Assembly: GCA_951406725.2 (NCBI GenBank)
Contig: OX597820.1
Location: 83,576,001 to 83,640,000, forward strand
Origin: Octopus vulgaris
Taxonomy: Eukaryota
DNA length: 64,000 bases
Direction of reading: 5' to 3'
Shown: one piece after another, positions 12,100-26,041 of the stretch
How positions within the stretch are numbered: position 1 is the stretch's first letter
How the letters are laid out: each line of letters starts with the position of its first letter
Position numbers and translations under genes: made by a program
The notes under the pieces: generated by a model
What the model was told of the DNA's origin: nothing
Seen by the model: the letters and a program-made list of their open reading frames with translations, nothing else
Database searches by the model: none

Positions 12100-12560
12100 T
12101 AAAATGTTGTCTGTTGTGTAACGTTTTTTGTGCGGGTAGTGGTATGAGAGGGAGTTGGAGACACAATATGCCTTTTACGCTGTTTCCGGGTACAAGTGTG
12201 AAACATCCCTCTCCTGGTTGACAAACTACAGTGTCGTCACCAGTAGGGATGGTTTTATCCGTGGGTGGAGGTGTGGGTACAATTGTGGTAATTGCATTTC
12301 TGTTGTCTTTTCTCCTTTTTCTGTGTTTGCATTAGTCGTCGAGAGGGGCATTTCTGTGATGGAATGACCACACTTTGCTCATAAGTGGGCCTTCTGACCA
12401 CATTTTAAAGAACGTGGTTTCTGAACCTCCACTTGAACTTAGTACTACTTGACTTAGTACTACTTCATCGCCTATGGGCAGAGGATCGGGGATCTCTTCC
12501 AGGACCGTCTGTATTTGATACCATTTAATGACCATCCTACAGCAACCAATTGCAATATTA
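12100..12560 (-). mobile_element. Gag-like ORF1 remnant of a LINE (probably Tx1/L1)
   Basis: Minus strand QTVLEEIPDPLPIGDE, then frameshifted by a small duplication to VQVEVQKPRSLKCGQKAHL*AKCG, a decayed CX2CX4HX4C knuckle, followed by a Pro/Thr-rich tract. Confidence 0.55.
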
Positions 12561-13674
12561 TTTACAACTTCATATTTCATTGTTTGTACTTGATACAACT
12601 AAATAAAATGATTATTTGAATAGTATATTTTAAAAGACATTATTTAAAAAGAAAATTGATTAAATCTAATTTTGATTATTTTTGTACTATGATTTTTAAG
12701 GATTTACTTATTTTAGATTCTCATAATAAATGAAATAAATTATCTCAAGTTTACCTAATATAATGTAGAATTTTTAGGATAATGAGAAATGTAATTATAA
12801 TTGTAAAAAAAAATATTACATCCTATATGTTCAATGTATATAAAAAAAATTATATTGAAATAAAGTGCATAATACGAATGCGCTAAAAAAGTAAGTGCGC
12901 ATGTTCCTTATGAAAAATAATTTTCTATATAATAGTGAATATTGACGTAATACTAATTTCATTATAAAATCAGGAAATAAATGAGCTAAATCTATGTGTA
13001 GTAAGAAGAGCTAGAAAGAAGAGGTCAAAAATATATAAACTATGTAGTAAGAAGAAAATTTGATCATATAAATAGTAAAGCAATGGCTAGCATAATTTTT
13101 AAAAATACAAAAATAGCCAGGAAGTACCACCTGCCCTTGTTAGGGCAAAGGTAGTTTGTTAGTCGAAATTCATGCAAAATAAAGCCTACAATTCCGGTAC
13201 TGTTCTTGTCAACTTGGTTGAAAATAAAACATGTTTAATCCTGCTACTCTGGAAATCCAATCATTCTATCTGAAAGCAAAAGCCCTGTCAATTTATCCAA
13301 GAAATAAGAATCTAAATTCCGTTACTCTTAATAATGAATTAAAGTTTAAGAGCAAATAAAAAAAACACATTATGAAGAATAAAGAAGTTCTCACACCTTT
13401 GGTCGCCGTAATGCTTTCCTTTCGTTTGTTTAATAAAACTTCCTACTCGTATAATGATATTGCTTTCATTTTGTGATTGACAACTGTCATGCAGAAAATG
13501 TCAGCTTCTTAATCCTGTCTTCTTAGTAGGTGAAAAGGATTAAAATTTAAACGTCAGTAACATTTTTCTGCAATATGTATGTGTGTCTGTATTTATGTAT
13601 GTATGTACGCATGTATGTATGTATGGTTGTACGTATGTAAAAATATATTTATTACAATATATTGTATTCACGTA

Positions 13675-13950
13675 ATGACAGAATCGTTAAATATTCAAAC
13701 AAAATTGATGTATTCCAACTCTTTAATTTCAGAGTTCAAATAACGCCGCATCCAACGTTAACACATTGGGCGAAATGCCTAGCGGTATCAAGTCAGTCTT
13801 TACGTTCTTTTTTAAATTCTGCCGAGGTCGACATTGCCTTTCATCCTTTTGGTGTTGATAAATTAAGTACTAGTTGCATACTGGGGTTGATCTAATCGAC
13901 TGGCTCCACCCCACAAAATTTCGGGCCTTGTGCCTAGAGTAGAAAAGAAT
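13675..13950 (+). mobile_element. SINE (partial copy plus near-full copy)
   Basis: gggcgaaatgcctagcggtat...gccgaggtcgacattgcctttcatcc...gggccttgtgcctagagtagaaaagaat. Confidence 0.85.
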
Positions 13951-14034
13951 ATAGTATATTCTATGAAGTAGATCTTTGCAAGATAAGCAAACACTGAAAT
14001 AAATCAAAGATTTTGCAATATCGGTATCTAACGT

Positions 14035-14238
14035 TAGCAGAAGGCCATCAGATCCGGAGGAGAGGGAAGTTGATTACAATAACTTCAATGCTCAGCTGAT
14101 ACTCATTTTGTCGAATACCAAAAGGAAAAAAAAAAAACAAATCGACCTTCGCGGAATTAGAACTCAGAATGGAGAGACCGACGAAGTGCCGGGAAGTTTT
14201 CACCCTGAGTGTTATCCACTCTGCCAGCTCATCGTCTT
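14035..14238 (-). mobile_element. Degraded SINE
   Basis: gcggaattagaactcagaat...ctctgccagctcatcgtctt is the reverse complement of the SINE head. Confidence 0.7.
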
Positions 14239-14344
14239 AGTACTGCAATATATAATAATGTTACTTGAAAATGGTCTTCCTTAATTTTGGCACATTTTCT
14301 GACATAATAACTTTTGTTGTACTTTTGAATATTTTTTTTAACGC

Positions 14345-15118
14345 TAAGCACCGCAACATTCGTCTTGATGAGTTCTATCATATGAGCTAAAAAAAAAAAA
14401 TTATTACGCAAAAAGTTAATGCTTAAGTTTTGAATTTGCTTTAAGGCGTTACCACAGTTTTCGGCACATGTGGACCCAGTAGATTTTTATCTATATTTTT
14501 TTCAGATGATTATCATCATAGGATTCCTGTAGTCGAGATCTATCAGAACAGTTAAATTTCCATATAGCTTTCTCTTGAAAGAAGAATAATACTTGGAGTC
14601 AAATTCGATGTCAGGCGTTGATCCCCATTTTTTCACCGTTTTACTTATTTTGTACTAAATATTTTTGCATATAACTTGCATCGATAGATTTCTGTTGTCG
14701 AGATCTGCAATATAAGCTAAAATAAAATACAGAACTATTATAAACAAAAATATTTGGACTTAAAGTCGATTTTAGGTGTCATTCTTCCGTTTGTGACCTC
14801 ACATATTTGCCTGAAACTTCTTCTACTGAAGCAATGTTCAGATTTATTCGCTCGAAATGTAGTTTACGATGTAACGAATCTAAAAATGTAAACATCATCT
14901 AATTTAATTAAAAAAGCCGAGTCAGTGACAACGCTTAAAATTTGTCGTGAGTGAGTAAATGTTGACCTTAAGAATATCATTCACAAACTACCGTGTGTGA
15001 ATGATATATCTTTTGATTAAATTAGCACCACGACACTATCTTTGATGAGTTCTATCATGTGAGCCAAACAAAAACAAAATTTCAGGTTTTGAATTTGATT
15101 TTAGGCGTCACCACTACT
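14345..15118. repeat. Decayed tandem array with ~165-170 bp period
   Basis: 14345-14458 resembles 15022-15118 (ttgatgagttctatcat..gagc...gttttgaatttg..ttaggcgt.accac). 14522-14630 resembles 14687-14790 (gatt.ctgt.gtcgagatct...ttgga.t.aa..tcgat). Confidence 0.65.
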
Positions 15119-15479
15119 TGCGTAGGTATATACCTTAATACATAGTAAACACGCAGACAGGCACGTATACGTGTATATAGAAATACAACCCGGCACATGG
15201 ACGCATGGATAAATAGAAAGGGAGAGAGAGACAGTTCACTGAATTATTATTATTATTTCACTGTCCTGAATCTGGAAATGCATATTTGGCGTGGTGGGAA
15301 CATCCACGGTTTTTTCCAGCATGCTTGTTCACCAAGTTTTCGTTACATAACAGGATGCACAAGGCTTCGTAAAGGCACAGTTCACATACACTTGATAGTG
15401 TATAATATGGGTCTGCATTTTTCATTATTAACTATTCTGTTTCATATTTTATTTTCCTTCTTTTAATATCTATATTAGT

Positions 15480-16830
15480 TCCGCTAATGGTGTTGCGTGG
15501 CACCGGCTTATCTTTCAGAATGAAGAGTTGTGATTGCGATAACGGGCCTTAAATTGGTCTTTGTATGCATCTATATATATTTTTCTTGTTTTTGTGCATG
15601 TAGTACTCCATGTTTTTGGATGTGGCATACGATACTTTCACCGCGTGCTTGTTGAAGTTACGATGGTAATTATGCGTTAGAGGGAAGCACCTATCAAACG
15701 CGGCAAAGAATTGTTTACCTATCTTTAATAGTATTTGAAATCCGAAAACTGGATTATGCGATTGGACCTCTGAATTTTTGCATTTTCTTTCCGATTCCTT
15801 GAGCCGATTTTGTGTATATTTGGCATCTTCCGTCCTTCCTGTAGTTATTGTTATTCTTTTGGATCTTGTTTATTTTCTATGTTTCCAATTGTGCCTTGGA
15901 TTTTTGTGTTTTTATGCGTTTCTTGTTGCTTCATGTTGAATGTTTCCTATTTTTGGTGCGTAGTTGTTAGTATCATTTAGGGTATCGCCAGGTGTGAACA
16001 TCATCTTTTCCTTATGCTCGGTCCCGGATAGTGCTTCATTGTAGTAAGTTCCATGTAAGTTGAATACTCTCTCGTTGGTTGATAGGCGAATTATTTTGGT
16101 GGCTATGTTCCTAACTATTCCTTTGGTCATGGATGGCGGATAATTGGCCGTCAAATTTGTGTATCTAAGACACTCCTTCCTTTTGTGGTACGGTTCGTAT
16201 ACCCCTGTTTCTAAGGTAATTTACCTTACGGTAATTAATGTCTTTGGTTATAAGATAGGCCGAAAATTTAAAATAATTACTGTGTTTTTTCCCTTTAGCT
16301 TTCCATTTCTACTTTCGTATAATTATCTATTACGAAAAGAACATCGTCTCCGTACAGAATTTCCGCTATTTGTGGAAATGACGTTTTGGTGTAGAATAAA
16401 ATATAAATTCTTACGATATCCGTGACATGTTTTGAGTCGCTCGATCACATTGGTACATCGAATAAATTCGTGCAATCTGATCTCGTGTCTAGTTTGTTGC
16501 AATTAGTAACGGTTTCTCGTGCTGTTAGTATCATGTCTACATTTGACTTACATAAGCTAGAATTTTTAATTGCAAATATGACTGCTTTATTGAGTATTAT
16601 AGAGATAATTGTTGAGAAGTAGCTAACTATATCTAACTGTATAAATTTGGAGCATTTTGCTCAATCTTAATGCTGAGTTCGAGCAATTATTTTATCTATG
16701 ATGTCTTTGCTTATGTCTGATTTTCATACACACATTAGCAGGACTTTAGGGTCGCTATCAAATTTATTTTTGTGGTCTTTAAGGTTTATCCTACATTCTC
16801 CTGGGACATATCGTCCATCTCTAGTTTGAT
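15480..16830 (-). mobile_element. Penelope-like element, degenerate RT, thumb and linker
   Basis: Minus strand FDVPM*SSDS..VTDIV, LYGDDVL (RT YxDD), YEPYHKRKECLRYTNLTANYPPSMTKGIVRNIATKIIRLSTNERVF..YNEAL and FNKHAVKVSYATSKNM. Confidence 0.85.
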
Positions 16831-16832
16831 AC

Positions 16833-17150
<318 letters not shown>

Positions 17151-17199
17151 TGTATATATATGTGTGTTTGTAGGTGTCCATGTGTATGAACGTTGAAAT

Positions 17200-18270
17200 C
17201 TGAAAGTTACAATGCATGCCATGTGAAGAGAATGCTTTGACTTAGTAAATTATTTCACAGTCCGAACTTACACTCCATGCGGCTTGGCAACAACTCTCAC
17301 ATATCTGCATATGCTATCATGTGGCACACGGGGCGTGATACACATAGAGTTGAAATGCGAATGATGTGTTTGTAATTTTTTGCTAACTTGACCAAGAATA
17401 CCAGCGAAAGATACTGTAACTGAGGACCTTACTAGCTTCTGTCCTCTAAATAGTAGATGTCTGCCAATATCTTCGGCTGTAACGGAGCAACAAAGATGTA
17501 CTCCGGAATAACGGACAACTTGTTTAAGAGCAGATACATAGAACATCTGGCATTATTCAGGGACAAAAATGGGACACACGATATCCGTAACCGGTATGGT
17601 AAGAGATTGAAAAGAGAAGGAATAAGCAACACTCAGATAACATGGAGCGTCATTGCTAAAGCCAGAAAATATAAATCACTTGGTAACAAATGTAAGCTGA
17701 TCATCATCCAAGAAAAAGATAACACCGTAAATATAATGGATGAAATCTTCTTTCCCTTTAAGCGTAATCATTATTTTACATTTCCACCATTCACTCCGTC
17801 ATTCCTACCAGGATAGGTTTTTTTTCTCTGAACATGAACATTAAACATATACATCATATGAACTATACATATCGAAGACAAATGCCCCGTTGCTGAAGTT
17901 CCTCAATAGACATACATTCAAATATTATACATACCGTGGATGCCACATCATAGTTAAACTTATCATTAAGTACTATTGTTACTAAATTGAAATCCAAGGG
18001 AGATAATCAACTAAAGGTTGTTACTTAGGATTTGTCCAACATCATTTCTTGATTTTTTTTATCATGAATTAAATATAAAGAACGAGCTTTTTTGTGAATT
18101 CGAGTGCTTTTTCATGCTTTATTCAACAACTGAGATGAACAAAAATTCCTCCATATGGTCTGCTTGAAAATTTAAGATATTTTCCTAACATAAAAGCCGG
18201 CAGCCTTAATACACAAGTAAATATCTTTATCCAGTAGTGCGGTGCTGAACATGCTTTCTCACTCTTCGAC
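17200..18270 (+). mobile_element. Penelope-like element 3' part (GIY-YIG remnant)
   Basis: CPLNSRCL...KMYSGITDNLFKSRYIEHLALFR...ITWSVIAKARKYKSLGNKCKL fits the PLE GIY-YIG pattern (YxGxT..FKxRY..H..SF..WxI...CxL). Confidence 0.8.
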
Positions 18271-18314
<44 letters not shown>

Positions 18315-18317
<3 letters not shown>

Positions 18318-18690
18318 TCACATTTTTTTGTTTTGAATGCTTACATTTTTCGATATTAAGATAAGTTGTTTTCTAATATAAAATATGCTCTCCATCATTC
18401 CCACAATACCTTTCCATCTATCGCGTAGCCTTGCAAAGCCCCTTTTACAAAATTCACTTACCCGTGACGATAAATACTCCTCCAGTACTCTGTTGACCTC
18501 ATCTACATAATTTATATTAGATAGGCTAATGTCCGCCGAATATATTGGGTGGGGCATCGTTTCCCATTGAAACTGCTCCAGATTTTGGCATATCATCCTC
18601 ACTGAATGTGGGTGAGCATTATCCTGATGAAGAACAACTTTCCTCTTGAAATCAAAGATGGTAGTATTTCTTCTGGCGCAGATGTCGATG
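18315..18690 (-). mobile_element. Mariner transposase C-terminal remnant
   Basis: KRKVVLHQDNAHPH and LEQFQWETMPHPIYSADIS (HPPYSPDLAP motif), then RGFARLRDRWKGIV. Confidence 0.85.
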
Positions 18691-18710
18691 AATATATATA
18701 TATATATATA

Positions 18711-19006
18711 AGTTCAGTAATGTTTAGATTCAGTTGCATATGGTAGTTAAATTTGGCATTATCCATATAATTCAAAATAGGGTGATTACAAACAAAAGAA
18801 GCAAGCAACAAGGATATCCAGAGGTAATGCAGTCCGATCGTTTCATGCAACTCCATTTAATTGAACAATGCAAAAATTACATCAGTTTTAAAATGTAGAG
18901 CAATCTTCAGCTACATAAAAAATATATATTTGCATTGTTTAATGAAATGGAGTCGCATGAAACGATCGTACTGCATTACCTCTGGATATCCTTGTTGTTT
19001 ATTTTG

Positions 19007-19008
<2 letters not shown>
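18711..19008. mobile_element. PLE pLTR remnant with head-to-head inverted repeat and hammerhead, flanked by (TA)n
   Basis: Arms 18806-18874 and 18929-18997 are inverted. The minus strand reads GTAG-CTGAAGA...GAAACGATCGGA-CTGC, and the right arm has GAAACGATCGTA-CTGC. Confidence 0.7.
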
Positions 19009-19087
<79 letters not shown>

Positions 19088-19440
19088 TCTTTTATTCTTT
19101 TTTCCTGTGATTGATTCAGTTATTCTTTTATTTGTTTCAGTCATTTATCTGAAGAGATGCTGGAAACCCGTCTAAAAGGGTTTTAGTCGAGGAACTCGAT
19201 CGCGAGGACTTTGTAAGCCTATCGGGCCGTTTTGCCGAACCGCTAACTTGCGAAAAGAAAGACGTAAATTTATAAGTACAAATATACATACAAATATACG
19301 CACATATAGCTACGCATAGAGATATACAAAAAAATATGTGCGCAAATACATGCTGACATCTATATATAAGAGTATACACACTATATACATAGACATGTAT
19401 TTATATATATATATATATATATATATGCTTATATATACAC

Positions 19441-19504
<64 letters not shown>

Positions 19505-20334
19505 CATACATACATACTCATATGTATACGCACACACACATACACGCATGTAGATGCTTATACCTACCTACAATACATACATACACATCAATATATAGAG
19601 CTATATCTACATAATATCGTATATATCCAAACAATTTTTTAAAAAACTGTCAGGTGTATATAATATTAAAATGTAAAAGTACAGAAATTGTACATTAATT
19701 TGATATAGCATAATTAGATACGTGAGTAAACAATACAAATAAAACTCGGCGAAGCTTAAGCTTAAATTTGTAAAACAGTCGAAGAATTTCTTAAAAATGA
19801 GGTCGAAATGTACACTAGCGTTGCGATGCAAAATAACTATACCGTGTAAAGTCAAATTCAAATATGTTTCTGAAAGTCAAAACATTTTACTCATACAGTA
19901 TTTTGTCGGTTGACATTTTAAAATTTGTGGCATTGAAACCTTGCGTTTGACATTTTTAACTTTGCACGAATTTAAGAGGTAGTGTCTCCGGTTCAAAGCA
20001 TTTTTATCTTGGAACATGATGAAGAACTTTTCTGAGAGGCAAAGATTACATTCCACAGGTATTTTATAAGATCCATGTCTGTCTGTATGCTGACGTTTTT
20101 TCTAGAAATATCCAGTTTACATCAAAATGACTTTGCCAGGGTGGTCATTCGCCCGCTGACATTTGTTGACGATGCATCGAAGAAACCAAAGAACAAATTG
20201 CCAAAAGAAAAAAAAAAGCACTCAACACCAGTGCTGAAGACACCTACTAAATTGTAGATATATATAAAGATAGATGGATAGATAGATAGAAAGATAGATT
20301 GATTGATAATCATCTACTTTCATTTCTACTTGTC

Positions 20335-20530
20335 TCCTGTCACCTTTAAACAGCGAGCATTGATTTGTTTACGAACCTGTCATCTGGTGGTTTGGCATAT
20401 ATGAATGATAATATAAATACCAGCACTACAAAATAAGCACCGTGGGCGATTTCTTTCACTAAAATACCTAAAAGCGTTGAGCCATCATGCCTGTACTCCC
20501 ATACTGAAATGAAGCAAAAGACAAAGATAG
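20335..20530 (+). mobile_element. Degraded 3' half of the 281-720 SINE family
   Basis: ttgtttacg...ggtttggca...aataaataccag...aaaataag...ggcgatttct..actaaa parallels 560-720. Confidence 0.5.
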
Positions 20531-20577
20531 AAGAACATTATTCTATATACAACCCCCTCAAACACACGCACACACGC

Positions 20578-20795
<218 letters not shown>

Positions 20796-21277
20796 CAGAG
20801 GAAGAAACTGTGCAGAGAAATATATTAATCGAGAAGGAGTAGCATAAGAGATAGAGAGATGGAAAAAGAAAGAAAGAGAGGAAGAGGGAAATATAGACCG
20901 AGTGAGAGAGAGAGAGAGTTGAATGATTGAATTCGGATACAGAGTAACCCAAATTTGAAAACTATTAGGAAAATCAATATAAAGTATAAATTTCCCCTAA
21001 AACCGAAGCAACGATATTTAAAAAAATATATATTTTGCGATTTACTACAAAGCTGCCAACATCTGTAGTTATGGTAACATACAGTAGTAAAAGCGTGCTT
21101 AAAATCATATTAAAATATATTTGTAATAAGGAAACCGTACAATTTACGTATTTGAATAATGCATAGACATACAAATATACACTGAGGTAAAACCATTAGA
21201 AACACATGCATATAGACAGGCATATGCTTGCGTATATAAGCATATATACAAATGTACTGATATGTATTCAAGTCGTA

Positions 21278-21318
<41 letters not shown>

Positions 21319-24300
21319 TTATTTGTATATATATATATATATATATATATATACTTATTTGTATACCTACTGCATGTGTATATTTATAGGTATACCTATT
21401 AAACATACGTATGTTTCTATGTATATAACTAATGGGTTCACATATTCTTACTGCAGTTATATACACATTTCTAACTATAAGCATTACAAAGATATCCATA
21501 CATATATTCACTACACACAATATGCTCATAAATATTGCGTATTCTCTCAGATGTATGTAATACGTGTACGTAGTAATGAAGGCAATGTGTATAGATATTT
21601 ATACTTATAGTTAATACACATACATATATATATAGAATACACACACATACATACACATAATGAACGTCCATGTGGACAGCATCAAATATATTTATATACA
21701 CACGTTACATACATATAATGCAAATTGATGCTCAGTATCTGAACCATATTACACTTCAAAATTCTCATAATGTAATGCATAATGTAGCGTAATATCTGAT
21801 TCAGGCAATAACTTAGAAAAAATAAACGATATATCTGATGAGAAGACGTCTGATCAGATGAAGTTATTGATATTTTGATGTCATCATCTGATCATATACA
21901 ACGTTTTATTTAAAAATTCAAATTGTAACATATTCAAAATCATATTCAATGTAGACTTAGAAATATATCCTTCACACCCATGGCAAGGTTACTGTGTAGT
22001 GAAAATGATGATTCCTTCGACATTTGGCCCGTGTGATCCACAGGGATAATGGTGACATTTTTGTTTTTCAGCTTGTGTTCGGCATACAGATTGAACTGTT
22101 TCTGTCATTGTTACTTATTTCTAATTATCTAACTGGATATTTGCGACATCAGTGCATGAACAGATACCAATATATTATATAGCGTTGATGGGAGATTCAG
22201 TACTTATGTCATTGCTAGACATTTTTCTAAAGATGAGAAAGGACGCTCATCTTCAAAGAAGCTGAAAGGCACGCTGCTGCTTAGAAAACACCAGAAAGGA
22301 GGGGAGAAATGTAAAACAAAATGACTGAGAATAAAGAAAATTTGCATACGTTTGACAACCTTGAACAATAATCAATATGGTTAGTAGAAATGAATTTAAT
22401 GGGAAGAAAAGTTTGTGGGAGTAACTGCTTAATCCGGAGAGGTGGTATTTTCCAGCTGAAGGACAGCAATTTGAGGGGGTTACTTTTAATACACTTCACA
22501 GATCGGAAATTTATTAGGTCAGTAGAGATCTGCCATTTAAAAAGAAGTAATTTTTCAGCTAAACAAAGCCTGATTTCTTTGATTCATCGACCTATGGTGT
22601 GGATTATCTCAGGATGCGCCACTTGATGGCGTTTGGTGATTAATCGGCATTCAAGTGCCAGTTATTGCTAGACAAATTAGTGACTATATTCTTATCCACA
22701 CGTGATAAGGAAGACTAGCTGTTTGCGTAGTTTTTCTAAAATCACTTTAGTATATACCAATGTAGTATTTCTCTTGATTATTTTAAATATGGACGTCATG
22801 TTCTGTTTGCGCCGTGTGAGGAAGTATTTAGCCTTCTTCTCCAAATATCATGGAGGTTAACTTTCACAAAATTTAATACTCTCATCAGCTTCTTTGGAAT
22901 ATTTTGCAAGCACAATGTTTTGTATACAATAGATCGAAACACTCTTCTTGTATTGGACACAGTACGTTCTGTCCTACATAAAATGTGAAAAAGAAATTGA
23001 TTACAATTGATTACATCAATGTATCGTTAAACAATTTTCCTATAATCTTACTCATTAATACTTAACAAAAATATATCAGTGTTTTTCCTCGAATGATTGG
23101 GTAACATCTTCCAAAATAAGCTTAACTACAACACATTACACGAAAATGTCGAAATGCAATAACTGGCAGCATTGACTACGTTCAAATAATTAGGTAAATA
23201 TCTATGGCGTTGTCTTTCACTCAACCATTAACCCTGATGTATATAAACAGAGATATAATTCATTACCGAAGTATAAAGTATATATTGATTCCTCATTATA
23301 GCATTAAAATATCTACTATTACGATTATATTGCGTATATCTTATTTCTTAACGACTTTGAGCATCTTCGAAGATGCATGCATATCACAACATCTGATATC
23401 ATTCAAAAAGACGGTTTTTTTTGTTTATTTATAAGCAATGTCTGTTCGTATTATATTTATGTAGTAAAAGTTTAATCATAACAACTCTAGCTGTTTTCTT
23501 TTTCATCTCAGTTATACACAATTTATCTATGAGATACAACTGTGAGAGACACATGAGAGAAAGGGGGAGACAGAGACAGAGGAGAGTCAGCGAGCAGAAA
23601 TGGTTGATAAACCAAAAAATAACAGTAAAAACAATACCAAAACATATTGAAAGAAAAACACTCCCCTAATTAAGATGATAAAATATATATGGAAACCTTT
23701 GTTTATTTTCGTCTCAGTGAAATTTAAATCAGATTGAGGAAAACGCTGGAACGAGAAGATATTGATTCTCAATAACTTTGAAGAGAAAACTCTGGAAATA
23801 TCAGCACGAACCGGCTTCAGTAAAGAACAGAGATTAATCATTTATTCTACACGTAATTAATTTTCTTTCGAAAGGAAATTTTTGAAAAATTTGAATTTAG
23901 TTTAAGATTACTGTATTTCAATAAATAAATGAAAAACATAAAATCACAAAAAGTAAACAGAAATATAAATGAACAAATTAAAAAACTGAAAAAAAAAAAC
24001 CATTCTACCGTTGATGTTGTTCATTCTTATGTAGATGTAATTGAAAACTAATATCTTGTAGCTACACTATTTTGAAATCACGTAAATGTGTCTCTAATTA
24101 AACAGACGCGTTTAAACATTAGATTTTAATAATGTTTTATGTATTCCTCGAGGCCATTTATTGTTGAATGCTCTACTTATGGTAAGACAATAATGTTTTA
24201 TGGTGATAATGGATGATTTGGCGTGGAATGTTATCTACCCCCAAATCTTGTGCACTGGCAAATGTCTCAGAAAGCTCATCTCTTAATAGATATTTCCAAT

Positions 24301-24338
24301 TATTTTTTATCGACATAGTTCTGTCAACAGGATTAAGG

Positions 24339-24425
<87 letters not shown>

Positions 24426-26041
24426 TGTGACTAACTTAAAATATTACTAAAAATGGGCGGGACCTCACCCGTATTATTTAACCAAAATATGTAATAAAAC
24501 AATTATACTTTTGGAAGTGGCAGATTAGTATATATTTCGCTTCCAGTTTAAAGGTCAAAACATTTTGCTTATAATGACATTAAACTTGTGGCAATATGAT
24601 ACCACCCAGAAAACCATGAGAAATATATCAACGCATATATTTTTTTTCATTGTTCTCGTACTAGAGACAACGAGTTGTTGGATGTTGTCTGCTTAACACA
24701 TCTTACAATGTTGTATCACACACTAGTCTGATACTGATGAACTTGTCAATTCCAGCGGATTTTGCTTGAGTGTTCATTTACGTAACTCATAAATGTAGTA
24801 TTCATTCGTTCAATATTTTCTTTATAATTTCATATTTACTATTTACTACCCCGCAGGCAAATGTTCATCATTTTCAATTAAATCTATTCGTCCATTTAAA
24901 ATGATAAATTTATATAAATGTTATTCAGTTTCAATATAAAGATTCCTTGAAAGAATTATAAATTTATTAACTTTGCACTATTTTCAATTTCCAAAAAATG
25001 AGTAGTTGTATATGATGTTTTCATTTATTGAATTTTAAATTATTGAGATTTACTTTGCCTTTGTTAGTGAACTTTCAATAAATAATCTGTTAGAACTGTA
25101 TAAATAAAAGCACTTGTTTTTAAATATTTTCATTTACATTCTGCAAAATAGTTTATAAATTCTATAATATTTATTATTGCTTATATGACTTCTCAACAAA
25201 CAAGACTTCTAGTCATGTTTTGTATTCATCTTTATCATGTATCGTTCTGGCTGTGCAATTGAATACTTTTACATCAAAAACTCTTTCATGTTTTTCTACT
25301 GATGACAACATATAATTGTGTATTTGTGAACACTGGAATCCGAATCACACTGCTACATACCTCTCTTTGACTAGTATTTACCGGCATAACAAATGTAGGT
25401 CTAATGGAAAATTGCAGTTATTTTACAGTGAAGAGTAAAATTGACGAGAAACGGGATAGCAGTAGCACACTTCCAGCTTTAGCGGCTCTAATTTACCTGT
25501 GATTCAGTAAATTTTCATGACCATTGCGATCCGTGTATCGGGTAATACTTAAATGACCTTTGCTGTGATTTAAGACGAGGAAAATATTTTGTGGAACTCC
25601 TATCTTGTGTTTGATGATGTGCAGATGTAAACTGCTTATAAAAGATAAAAGTGCGTGACCGACTCTCATCTTTTCCATGTAATTGCATATCGAGGAATTT
25701 TATTCAAAATTTAAAAGTTTATTTGATTACTAAATACATCACTTTGCGGTGTCCATTGCTTAATTCCACAGTCCGTTACCAGTTCTGCACAAATAAGTTC
25801 ACCCAAATATTTCTTGCATCGTTGTTATGACAATGATGTATGGGAAAGTGTATTAGTATTAACAATGTCTGAGATCCATTCATTATCCCGCTGTCCTGTT
25901 CAGTTTTGCAGTGTTGTTTAGGCAATAGAATACGTGAAAATAATTCTTCTTGAAAGAACTATGTTGTTGAAAATATTTAGAAACCTCGTATACACTGGAT
26001 GTTGCAAAATGTTTTCTTGACTTCTAATGGAACGTTTGGTA

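Noticed and set aside
19149-19200. CTGAAGA followed by a hairpin
   Set aside because: GAAA and stem III are missing at the required position.
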